DNA of 64,000 nucleotides from Balanoglossus misakiensis (lineage: Eukaryota > Animalia > Hemichordata). The DNA lies in the NCBI GenBank assembly GCA_040954595.2, contig CM082581.2, positions 12,646,286 through 12,710,285 on the forward strand, read 5' to 3'. Both the position numbers and the translations under genes were made by a program. Position 1 is the stretch's first letter; each line of letters opens with the position of its first letter. A model generated the notes under the pieces. It was not told the DNA's origin, did not search any database, and saw nothing but the letters and a program-made list of their open reading frames with translations. This document shows, piece after piece, positions 1 through 12,857 of this stretch.

Positions 1-3000
1 CCATGATTTTTTCAAAAATCGGCCAAATTATGAAATTCCGCAAAGTCGAAAAATTCTCATTTTTGGATGATTTTCATGAGCTATAACCCATGATTTTTTC
101 AAAAATCGGCCAAATTTTGAAATTCCGCAAAGTCGAAAAATTCTCATCTTTGGATGATTTTCATGAGCTATAACCCATGATTTTTTCAAAAATCGGCCAA
201 ATTTTGAAATTCCGCAATGTCGAAAAATTCTCATTTTTGGATGATTTTCATGAGCTATAACCCATGATTTTTTCAAAAATCGGCCAAATTTTGAAATTCC
301 GCAAAGTCGAAAAATTCTCATTTTTGGATGATTTTCATGAGCTATAACCCATGATTTTTTCAAAAATCGGCCAAATTTTGAAATTCCGCAAAGTCGAAAA
401 ATTCTCATTTTTGGATGATTTTCATGAGCTATAACCCATGATTTTTTCAAAAATCGGCCAAATTTTGAAATTCCGCAAAGTCGAAAAATTCTCATTTTTG
501 GATGATTTTCATGAGCTATAACCCATGATTTTTTCAAAAATCGGCCAAATTTTGAAATTCCGCAAAGTCGAAAAATTCTCATTTTTGGATGATTTTCATG
601 AGCTATAACCCATGATTTTTTCAAAAATCGGCCAAATTTTGAAATTCCGCAAAGTCGAAAAATTCTCATGTTTGGATGATTTTCATGAGCTATAACCCAT
701 GATTTTTTCAAAAATCGGCCAAATTTTGAAATTCCGCAAAGTCGAAAAATTCTCATTTTTGGATGATTTTCATGAGCTATAACCCATGATTTTTTCAAAA
801 ATCGGCCAAATTTTGAAATTCCGCAAAGTCGAAAAATTCTCATTTTTGGATGATTTTCATGAGCTATAACCCATGATTTTTTCAAAAATCGGCCAAATTT
901 TGAAATTCCGCAAAGTCGAAAAATTCTCATTTTTGGATGATTTTCATGAGCTATAACCCATGATTTTTTCAAAAATCGGCCAAATTTTGAAATTCCGCAA
1001 AGTCGAAAAATTCTCATTTTTGGATGATTTTCATGAGCTATAACCCATGATTTTTTCAAAAATCGGCCAAATTTTGAAATTCCGCAAAGTCGAAAAATTC
1101 TCATTTTTGGATGATTTTCATGAGCTATAACCCATGATTTTTTCAAAAATCGGCCAAATTTTGAAATTCCGCAAAGTCGAAAAATTCTCATTTTTGGATG
1201 ATTTTCATGAGCTATAACCCATGATTTTTTCAAAAATCGGCCAAATTTTGAAATTCCGCAAAGTCGAAAAATTCTCATTTTTGGATGATTTTCATGAGCT
1301 ATAACCCATGATTTTTTCAAAAATCGGCCAAATTTTGAAATTCCGCAAAGTCGAAAAATTCTCATTTTTGGATGATTTTCATGAGCTATAACCCATGATT
1401 TTTTCAAAAATCGGCCAAATTTTGAAATTCCGCAAAGTCGAAAAATTCTCATTTTTGGATGATTTTCATGAGCTATAACCCATGGTTTTTTCAAAAATCG
1501 GCCAAATTTTGAAATTCCGCAAAGTCGAAAAATTCTCATTTTTGGATGATTTTCATGAGCTATAACCCATGGTTTTTTCAAAAATCGGCCAAATTATGAA
1601 ATTCCGCAAAGTCGAAAAATTCTCATTTTTGGATGATTTTCATGAGCTATAACCCATGATTTTTTCAAAAATCGGCCAAATTTTGAAATTCCGCAAAGTC
1701 GAAAAATTCTCATTTTTGGATGATTTTCATGAGCTATAACCCATGATTTTTTCAAAAATCGGCCAAATTTTGAAATTCCGCAAAGTCGAAAAATTCTCAT
1801 TTTTGGATGATTTTCATGAGCTATAACCCATGATTTTTTCAAAAATCGGCCAAATTTTGAAATTCCGCAAAGTCGAAAAATTCTCATTTTTGGATGATTT
1901 TCATGAGCTATAACCCATGATTTTTTCAAAAATCGGCCAAATTTTGAAATTCCGCAAAGTCGAAAAATTCTCATTTTTGGATGATTTTCATGAGCTATAA
2001 CCCATGATTTTTTCAAAAATCGGCCAAATTTTGAAATTCCGCAAAGTCGAAAAATTCTCATTTTTGGATGATTTTCATGAGCTATAACCCATGATTTTTT
2101 CAAAAATCGGCCAAATTTTGAAATTCCGCAAAGTCGAAAAATTCTCATTTTTGGATGATTTTCATGAGCTATAACCCATGATTTTTTCAAAAATCGGCCA
2201 AATTTTGAAATTCCGCAAAGTCGAAAAATTCTCATTTTTGGATGATTTTCATGAGCTATAACCCATGATTTTTTCAAAAATCGGCCAAATTTTGAAATTC
2301 CGCAAAGTCGAAAAATTCTCATTTTTGGATGATTTTCATGAGCTATAACCCATGATTTTTTCAAAAATCGGCCAAATTTTGAAATTCCGCAAAGTCGAAA
2401 AATTCTCATTTTTGGATGATTTTCATGAGCTATAACCCATGATTTTTTCAAAAATCGGCCAAATTTTGAAATTCCGCAAAGTCGAAAAATTCTCATTTTT
2501 GGATGATTTTCATGAGGTATAACCCATGATTTTTTCAAAAATCGGCCAAATTATGAAATTCCGCAAAGTCGAAAAATTCTCATTTTTGGATGATTTTCAT
2601 GAGGTATAACCCATGATTTTTTTCAAAAATCGGCCAAATTTTGAAATTCCGCAAAGTCGAAAAATTCTCATTTTTGGATGATTTTCATGAGCTATAACCC
2701 ATGATTTTTTCAAAAATCGGCCAAATTTTGAAATTCCGCAAAGTCGAAAAATTCTCATTTTTGGATGATTTTCATGAGCTATAACCCATGATTTTTTCAA
2801 AAATCGGCCAAATTTTGAAATTCCGCAAAGTCGAAAAATTCTCATTTTTGGATGATTTTCATGAGCTATAACCCATGATTTTTTCAAAAATCGGCCAAAT
2901 TTTGAAATTCCGCAAAGTCGAAAAGTTCTCATTTTTGGATGATTTTCATGAGCTATAACCCATGATTTTTTCAAAAATCGGCCAAATTGTGAAATTCCGC

Positions 3001-6000
3001 AAAGTCGAAAAATTCTCATTTTTGGATGATTTTCATGAGCTATAACCCATGATTTTTTCAAAAATCGGCCAAATTTTGAAATTCCGCAAAGTCGAAAAAT
3101 TCTCATTTTTAGATGATTTTCATGAGCTATAGCCCATGATTTTTTCAAAAATCGGCCAAATTTTGAAATTCCGCAAAGTCGAAAAATTCTCATTTTTGGA
3201 TGATTTTCATGAGCTATAGCCCATGGTTTTTTCAAAAATCGGCCAAATTTTGAAATTCCGCAAAGTCGAAAAATTCTCATTTTTGGATGATTTTCATGAG
3301 CTATAACCCATGGTTTTTTCAAAAATCGGCCAAATTTTGAAATTCCGCAAAGTCGAAAAATTCTCATTTTTGGATGATTTTCATGAGCTATAACCCATGA
3401 TTTTTTCAAAAATCGGCCAAATTATGAAATTCCGCAAAGTCGAAAAATTCTCATTTTTGGATGATTTTCATGAGCTATAACCCATGATTTTTTCAAAAAT
3501 CGGCCAAATTTTGAAATTCCGCAAAGTCGAAAAATTCTCATTTTTGGATGATTTTCATGAGCTATAACCCATGATTTTTTCAAAAATCGGCCAAATTTTG
3601 AAATTCCGCAAAGTCGAAAAATTCTCATTTTTGGATGATTTTCATGAGCTATAACCCATGATTTTTTCAAAAATCGGCCAAATTTTGAAATTCCGCAAAG
3701 TCGAAAAATTCTCATTTTTGGATGATTTTCATGAGCTATAACCCATGATTTTTTCAAAAATCGGCCAAATTTTGAAATTCCGCAAAGTCGAAAAATTCTC
3801 ATTTTTGGATGATTTTCATGAGCTATAACCCATGATTTTTTCAAAAATCGGCCAAATTTTGAAATTCCGCAAAGTCGAAAAATTCTCATTTTTGGATGAT
3901 TTTCATGAGCTATAACCCATGATTTTTTCAAAAATCGGCCAAATTTTGAAATTCCGCAAAGTCGAAAAATTCTCATTTTTGGATGATTTTCATGAGCTAT
4001 AACCCATGATTTTTTCAAAAATCGGCCAAATTTTGAAATTCCGCAAAGTCGAAAAATTCTCATTTTTGGATGATTTTCATGAGCTATAACCCATGATTTT
4101 TTCAAAAATCGGCCAAATTTTGAAATTCCGCAAAGTCGAAAAATTCTCATTTTTGGATGATTTTCATGAGCTATAACCCATGATTTTTTCAAAAATCGGC
4201 CAAATTTTGAAATTCCGCAAAGTCGAAAAATTCTCATTTTTGGATGATTTTCATGAGCTATAACCCATGATTTTTTTCAAAAATCGGCCAAATTTTGAAA
4301 TTCCGCAAAGTCGAAAAATTCTCATTTTTGGATGATTTTCATGAGCTATAACCCATGGTTTTTTCAAAAATCGGCCAAATTTTGAAATTCCGCAAAGTCG
4401 AAAAATTCTCATTTTTGGATGATTTTCATGAGCTATAACCCATGATTTTTTCAAAAATCGGCCAAATTTTGAAATTCCGCAAAGTCGAAAAATTCTCATT
4501 TTTGGATGATTTTCATGAGCTATAACCCATGATTTTTTCAAAAATCGGCCAAATTTTGAAATTCCGCAAAGTCGAAAAATTCTCATTTTTGGATGATTTT
4601 CATGAGCTATAACCCATGATTTTTTCAAAAATCGGCCAAATTTTGAAATTCCGCAAAGTCGAAAAATTCTCATTTTTGGATGATTTTCATGAGCTATAAC
4701 CCATGATTTTTTCAAAAATCGGCCAAATTTTGAAATTCCGCAAAGTCGAAAAATTCTCATTTTTGGATGATTTTCATGAGCTATAACCCATGATTTTTTC
4801 AAAAATCGGCCAAATTTTGAAATTCCGCAATGTCGAAAAATTCTCATTTTTGGATGATTTTCATGAGCTATAACCCATGATTTTTTCAAAAATCGGCCAA
4901 ATTTTGAAATTCCGCAAAGTCGAAAAATTCTCATTTTTGGATGATTTTCATGAGCTATAACCCATGATTTTTTCAAAAATCGGCCAAATTTTGAAATTCC
5001 GCAAAGTCGAAAAATTCTCATTTTTGGATGATTTTCATGAGCTATAACCCATGATTTTTTCAAAAATCGGCCAAATTTTGAAATTCCGCAAAGTCGAAAA
5101 ATTCTCATTTTTGGATGATTTTCATGAGCTATAACCCATGGTTTTTTCAAAAATCGGCCAAATTTTGAAATTCCGCAAAGTCGAAAAATTCTCATTTTTG
5201 GATGATTTTCATGAGCTATAACCCATGGTTTTTTCAAAAATCGGCCAAATTTTGAAATTCCGCAAAGTCGAAAAATTCTCATTTTTGGATGATTTTCATG
5301 AGCTATAACCCATGATTTTTTCAAAAATCGGCCAAATTTTGAAATTCCGCAAAGTCGAAAAATTCTCATTTTTGGATGATTTTCATGAGCTATAACCCAT
5401 GATTTTTTCAAAAATCGGCCAAATTTTGAAATTCCGCAAAGTCGAAAAATTCTCATTTTTGGATGATTTTCATGAGCTATAGCCCATGATTTTTTCAAAA
5501 ATCGGCCAAATTTTGAAATTCCGCAAAGTCGAAAAATTCTCATTTTTGGATGATTTTCATGAGCTATAACCCATGGTTTTTTCAAAAATCGGCCAAATTA
5601 TGAAATTCCGCAAAGTCGAAAAATTCTCATTTTTGGATGATTTTCATGAGCTATAACCCATGATTTTTTCAAAATTCGGCCAAATTTTGAAATTCCGCAA
5701 AGTCGAAAAATTCTCATTTTTGGATGATTTTCATGAGCTATAACCCATGATTTTTTCAAAAATCGGCCAAATTTTGAAATTCCGCAATGTCGAAAAATTC
5801 TCATTTTTGGATGATTTTCATGAGCTATAACCCATGATTTTTTCAAAAATCGGCCAAATTTTGAAATTCCGCAATGTCGAAAAATTCTCATTTTTGGATG
5901 ATTTTCATGAGCTATAACCCATGATTTTTTCAAAAATCGGCCAAATTTTGAAATTCCGCAAAGTCGAAAAATTCTCATTTTTGGATGATTTTCATGAGCT

Positions 6001-9000
6001 ATAACCCATGATTTTTTCAAAAATCGGCCAAATTTTGAAATTCCGCAAAGTCGAAAAATTCTCATTTTTGGATGATTTTCATGAGCTATAACCCATGATT
6101 TTTTCAAAAATCGGCCAAATTTTGAAATTCCGCAAAGTCGAAAAATTCTCATTTTTGGATGATTTTCATGAGCTATAACCCATGATTTTTTCAAAAATCG
6201 GCCAAATTTTGAAATTCCGCAAAGTCGAAAAATTCTCATTTTTGGATGATTTTCATGAGCTATAACCCATGATTTTTTCAAAAATCGGCCAAATTTTGAA
6301 ATTCCGCAAAGTCGAAAAATTCTCATTTTTGGATGATTTTCATGAGCTATAACCCATGATTTTTTCAAAAATCGGCCAAATTTTGAAATTCCGCAAAGTC
6401 GAAAAATTCTCATTTTTGGATGATTTTCATGAGCTATAACCCATGATTTTTTCAAAAATCGGCCAAATTTTGAAATTCCGCAAAGTCGAAAAATTCTCAT
6501 TTTTGGATGATTTTCATGAGCTATAACCCATGATTTTTTCAAAAATCGGCCAAATTTTGAAATTCCGCAAAGTCGAAAAATTCTCATTTTTGGATGATTT
6601 TCATGAGCTATAACCCATGATTTTTTCAAAAATCGGCCAAATTTTGAAATTCCGCAAAGTCGAAAAATTCTCATTTTTGGATGATTTTCATGAGCTATAA
6701 CCCATGATTTTTTCAAAAATCGGCCAAATTTTGAAATTCCGCAAAGTCGAAAAATTCTCATTTTTGGATGATTTTCATGAGCTATAACCCATGATTTTTT
6801 CAAAAATCGGCCAAATTTTGAAATTCCGCAAAGTCGAAAAATTCTCATTTTTAGATGATTTTCATGAGCTATAACCCATGATTTTTTCAAAAATCGGCCA
6901 AATTTTGAAATTCCGCAAAGTCGAAAAATTCTCATTTTTGGATGATTTTCATGAGCTATAACCCATGATTTTTTCAAAAATCGGCCAAATTTTGAAATTC
7001 CGCAAAGTCGAAAAATTCTCATTTTTGGATGATTTTCATGAGCTATAACCCATGATTTTTTCAAAAATCGGCCAAATTTTGAAATTCCGCAATGTCGAAA
7101 AATTCTCATTTTTGGATGATTTTCATGAGCTATAACCCATGATTTTTTCAAAAATCGGCCAAATTTTGAAATTCCGCAAAGTCGAAAAATTCTCATTTTT
7201 GGATGATTTTCATGAGCTATAACCCATGATTTTTTCAAAAATCGGCCAAATTTTGAAATTCCGCAAAGTCGAAAAATTCTCATTTTTGGATGATTTTCAT
7301 GAGCTATAACCCATGATTTTTTCAAAAATCGGCCAAATTTTGAAATTCCGCAAAGTCGAAAAATTCTCATTTTTGGATGATTTTCATGAGCTATAACCCA
7401 TGATTTTTTAAAAAATCGGCCAAATTATGAAATTCCGCAAAGTCGAAAAATTCTCATTTTTGGATGATTTTCATGAGCTATAACCCATGATTTTTTCAAA
7501 AATCGGCCAAATTATGAAATTCCGCAAAGTCGAAAAATTCTCATTTTTGGATGATTTTCATGAGCTATAACCCATGATTTTTTCAAAAATCGGCCAAATT
7601 TTTAAATTCCGCAATGTCGAAAAATTCTCATTTTTGGATGATTTTCATGAGCTATAACCCATGGTTTTTTCAAAAATCGGCCAAATTTTGAAATTCCGCA
7701 AAGTCGAAAAATTCTCATTTTTGGATGATTTTCATGAGCTATAACCCATGGTTTTTTCAAAAATCGGCCAAATTTTGAAATTCCGCAAAGTCGAAAAATT
7801 CTCATTTTTGGATGATTTTCATGAGCTATAACCCATGATTTTTTCAAAAATCGGCCAAATTTTGAAATTCCGCAAAGTCGAAAAATTCTCATTTTTGGAT
7901 GATTTTCATGAGCTATAACCCATGATTTTTTCAAAAATCGGCCAAATTTTGAAATTCCGCAAAGTCGAAAAATTCTCATTTTTGGATGATTTTCATGAGC
8001 TATAACCCATGATTTTTTCAAAAATCGGCCAAATTTTGAAATTCCGCAAAGTCGAAAAATTCTCATTTTTGGATGATTTTCATGAGCTATAACCCATGAT
8101 TTTTTCAAAAATCGGCCAAATTTTGAAATTCCGCAAAGTCGAAAAATTCTCATTTTTGGATGATTTTCATGAGCTATAACCCATGATTTTTTCAAAAATC
8201 GGCCAAATTTTGAAATTCCGCAAAGTCGAAAAATTCTCATTTTTGGATGATTTTCATGAGCTATAACCCATGATTTTTTCAAAAATCGGCCAAATTTTGA
8301 AATTCCGCAAAGTCGAAAAATTCTCATTTTTGGATGATTTTCATGAGCTATAACCCATGATTTTTTCAAAAATCGGCCAAATTTTGAAATTCCGCAAAGT
8401 CGAAAAATTCTCATTTTTGGATGATTTTCATGAGCTATAACCCATGATTTTTTCAAAAATCGGCCAAATTTTGAAATTCCGCAAAGTCGAAAAATTCTCA
8501 TTTTTGGATGATTTTCATGAGCTATAACCCATGATTTTTTCAAAAATCGGCCAAATTTTGAAATTCCGCAAAGTCGAAAAATTCTCATTTTTGGATGATT
8601 TTCATGAGCTATAACCCATGATTTTTTCAAAAATCGGCCAAATTTTGAAATTCCGCAAAGTCGAAAAATTCTCATTTTTGGATGATTTTCATGAGCTATA
8701 ACCCATGATTTTTTCAAAAATCGGCCAAATTTTGAAATTCCGCAAAGTCGAAAAATTCTCATTTTTGGATGATTTTCATGAGCTATAACCCATGATTTTT
8801 TCAAAAATCGGCCAAATTTTGAAATTCCGCAAAGTCGAAAAATTCTCATTTTTGGATGATTTTCATGAGCTATAACCCATGATTTTTTCAAAAATCGGCC
8901 AAATTTTGAAATTCCGCAAAGTCGAAAAATTCTCATTTTTGGATGATTTTCATGAGCTATAACCCATGATTTTTTCAAAAATCGGCCAAATTTTGAAATT

Positions 9001-10186
9001 CCGCAAAGTCGAAAAATTCTCATTTTTGGATGATTTTCATGAGCTATAACCCATGGTTTTTTCAAAAATCGGCCAAATTTTGAAATTCCGCAAAGTCGAA
9101 AAATTCTCATTTTTGGATGATTTTCATGAGCTATAACCCATGGTTTTTTCAAAAATCGGCCAAATTTTGAAATTCCGCAAAGTCGAAAAATTCTCATTTT
9201 TGGATGATTTTCATGAGCTATAACCCATGGTTTTTTCAAAAATCGGCCAAATTTTGAAATTCCGCAAAGTCGAAAAATTCTCATTTTTGGATGATTTTCA
9301 TGAGCTATAACCCATGGTTTTTTCAAAAATCGGCCAAATTATGAAATTCCGCAAAGTCGAAAAATTCTCATTTTTGGATGATTTTCATGAGCTATAACCC
9401 ATGATTTTTTCAAAAATCGGCCAAATTTTGAAATTCCGCAAAGTCGAAAAATTCTCATTTTTGGATGATTTTCATGAGCTATAACCCATGATTTTTTCAA
9501 AAATCGGCCAAATTTTGAAATTCCGCAAAGTCGAAAAATTCTCATTTTTGGATGATTTTCATGAGCTATAACCCATGATTTTTTCAAAAATCGGCCAAAT
9601 TTTGAAATTCCGCAAAGTCGAAAAATTCTCATTTTTGGATGATTTTCATGAGCTATAACCCATGATTTTTTCAAAAATCGGCCAAATTTTGAAATTCCGC
9701 AAAGTCGAAAAATTCTCATTTTTGGATGATTTTCATGAGCTATAACCCATGATTTTTTCAAAAATCGGCCAAATTTTGAAATTCCGCAAAGTCGAAAAAT
9801 TCTCATTTTTGGATGATTTTCATGAGCTATAACCCATGATTTTTTCAAAAATCGGCCAAATTTTGAAATTCCGCAAAGTCGAAAAATTCTCATTTTTGGA
9901 TGATTTTCATGAGCTATAACCCATGATTTTTTCAAAAATCGGCCAAATTTTGAAATTCCGCAAAGTCGAAAAATTCTCATTTTTGGATGATTTTCATGAG
10001 CTATAACCCATGATTTTTTTCAAAAAATGAAGAAATTTCCAAAATTCGCAAAGTCGAAAAATTGTCATTTCTGGATGATTTTCATGAGCTATAACCCATG
10101 ATTTTTTTCAAAAATCGACGAAATTTCCAAAATTCGCAAAGTCGAAAAATTGTCATTTCTAGATGATTTTCATGAGCTATAACCCT
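1..10186. repeat. 87-bp tandem satellite array (~115 near-identical monomers plus 2 diverged terminal monomers), running off the left edge
   Basis: Monomer CCATGATTTTTTCAAAAATCGGCCAAATTTTGAAATTCCGCAAAGTCGAAAAATTCTCATTTTTGGATGATTTTCATGAGCTATAAC repeats head-to-tail with rare substitutions and 1-bp insertions. The last two units (~10010-10186) are clearly diverged. Confidence 0.99.
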
Positions 10187-11560
10187 ATATTTTACTGTCA
10201 ACAATATACTGAAAACAGTAAGAGTATCGTCTATCGAAGCCGATATGTTGACATGCGCTATAACAATGACTTCGTTTGTGGGACAATGTCGGCGCGACCT
10301 TCACACCTGAAAGTAAAATAACACCCTAGACTGCGGTAACGACGTGCTAAATGTGAGAAATTACGAGAACAGGTCACAGAGACGGTCTGCAAATAATGTA
10401 AATTTAACTCTGCAATAAAAGCGGCTGGAGGAAAGGGATAATTCGACCATCAAATCGGGTCAGGGACTTACCAAATATTTTTGCCTCGTCAATTGGTTTC
10501 GAGGCAACTTCGTTCGTCCTTGTCCGTCGCCAGACATGTCTTCACACAGAGGCCAGTGTCATGGTAACTGGAGAAGTCACAGAGTTGCAGATAAACAGCG
10601 GCGAACAAATAAGGTCACAGGCTCCCTCTTTAAGAGTATTTCATTTGTGTTTCCTTTTTTAGCATACAAAGGTGACGGCAGATTTTTCTCTTCGCTGATT
10701 TGTGAAGTGGTTTCTTAACTTTTTTATGTATCAACCGGCAGTCATATATCCCAACATGCAATTCAACCGACGCTCATACCCTTGCTCACAAAAGGAACAA
10801 CATTGACCCTTCGTGGTTTTGGTCCAAAAAATCTAAGTTTTTCATGACAATGACAGTTCTCTGTATTATTATTGTATACTCCGGTTTCTCTATAACTTGA
10901 GGTGTCTGAGTTTTTGCATGCGGCCAATCACAGGTGAATGTACCACCGCAGACATGGAGTGGCGCTTTGAGTTTAATTGGTTTTAGAAATGGTTCAAATG
11001 ATCCCTTACTAAGTTACTATATTTGTAGTCAATTGTCTCGTATTTCCCCCTTTGGTTCCCCCGTTTTATCTGCAATAAATAACCATTAGCGCCACACCCT
11101 GGTTGAAACAATAGCATATTAGAATTGCACCATGGGTCAAACTCTGAGAGTTCGTAGAAATGCAACGATGACCACCCATAATGAATAGATAAAGAACACA
11201 GTGATTGGCCAATTGCTATAATGATAGTGCAACAGGTGATTCATCAGAATCCTTCCATGCGTATCTCCTTGGAAACACATATTGTTTACAAACAACACAA
11301 GGCCGAACTTTCATGGTTTGGTGGGATCACAAGTGAGGTCATTATACAGAATTATCGATCAATTAAGGAACGCCCTGTACGTGCCATTTCCAATAATTGT
11401 TTCTTGAAAGGTCAAGCAGAGATTATCTTCTGAGATTAATACAAAGTAGCCAATTGAAGTGCGTTGTCAATAACAACAATAAATACTCGAACAAAACATT
11501 TGATAGAGTCGAAAATTTATTCACAAAAATAAATGTGTGGGTTTGTGGTGTCTAACAAAA

Positions 11561-12067
11561 TTAACCACCTGTTACGGCGAAGTATGTACTCGATGACGTC
11601 ATAATGACAAGAACGTTACAGTTTTGCCTCGCGCATATACGTAGCGGAGGTCAGGATAGGGATGAAGAGTTTATCACCAGGGGGCGCTGTTTCAAAAAAA
11701 GTTTCCAAAGGATTGCCAAAGCGATTGGACGATTGTCGAGAGTGAACAGTAGCGCGTCCGGCGCGGTGTCACCAGGCCTGAGATCTTGGTTCTTTAACGG
11801 GGGGGTGCCTCTTCGAGCATAAGTTTTACACATATCCAGCACCTGGTAAAAAATATAGCATGAAAATCTTACCTCTTGCAAACTTCCGATAACCCATACT
11901 AGGGCTTCTGGGTTGTGAACAATTCTTGTGTTACATAATGTGACAGAACTGTAACAGAATGACGTTGTATGCAAATTAGATCTCCCATAATTCCCAAGTA
12001 CATATTGTCTTGCAGTGCCTGCGTATTCGGATAAGAAGTCTCGTTGCCGGACACTTGGCAGTGACAA
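11561..12067 (-). pseudogene. Iodothyronine deiodinase-like (thioredoxin-fold selenoprotein family) N-terminal half with in-frame TGA at the Sec position; truncated gene or pseudogene
   Basis: ORF ends ...DLRPGDTAPDALLFTLDNRPIALAILWKLFLKQRPLVINSSSLS-TGA(11651-11653)-PPLR. This resembles the deiodinase motif GxxAP(N/D)...RPLVLNFGSCT-U-PPF. No downstream YIxEAH half was found. Start and exon structure are uncertain. Confidence 0.5.
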
Positions 12068-12857
12068 ACGCTCTGATACCGAGACATGAAGAAGAGTTGA
12101 GGCAACGGCAATGTTGAAAATTAATCAGACGGTAAGTATTCCGCCAAAGTGTTGATAGAGGGCGTAACGGCTGCAAGTGTCCTGTTAGGCCTACTTATCG
12201 CTCGAAGTGTTTAAAGTCAGTGGATTTCAGTTGCGTACCACAAAAGAAAATGGAAACGTTTAATCTTCGAAAAAATAATGTTTCTTTGCAAGAACAATTT
12301 TATTGACAGACCACAGCGATTGGATTGCTTTCAATCTAAATACGCCACACGTTTGACTTTTCCCGGTATGTAGTTTGGATCTCGCGATTGTATTCAGTCG
12401 CGGTTAAGTTTTTAAAAATCGTTTCGAAGAACCGATGTGTTCTGTAAAAACATGACAGAAATGATGTACAGAGTAGATAGGAAGAATGGCGATCGTTAAG
12501 GCTGACGAGAAGTGTCCCGTTAGGCCTGGGTTATTGTAAAGGATGTTTTGCTGAAACCGATCGATCATCTCGGTGAAATGCTGAATTATTTATGTTCACG
12601 TCAAATATTTTGTGAACTGTTCCCCCTTGGAATGCCTGTCTTGTTCACTTATTAATGAAAACAGATACCCGTATACATAAAGATGGCGCTGGGGTATCTA
12701 TTGATCATTTCTTACTGTTCATCTTGGGAAGTGACTGACGTCAGCAAATCGAACTGCGAGTCGATATCACCCCGTTACTTTCGTAGCTTGCTAGCTCCCG
12801 ATAATCGAGAAAATTGCAAATCTCCACTCAACCTTATATGCAATTTCATTTCAGGTC

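Noticed and set aside
28-9980. Eight long minus-strand ORFs (213-590 aa) as protein-coding genes
   Set aside because: They are translations of the 87-bp satellite, broken by random stop and frameshift variants, with no synonymous-site divergence pattern.
1-10186. CRISPR array
   Set aside because: There are no unique spacers and no cas genes; the context is eukaryotic.
11470-11610. SECIS candidates downstream of the deiodinase-like TGA
   Set aside because: The ATGA/GTGA starts inspected by eye lacked a matching GA quartet, stem and apical AA; not supported without SECISearch.
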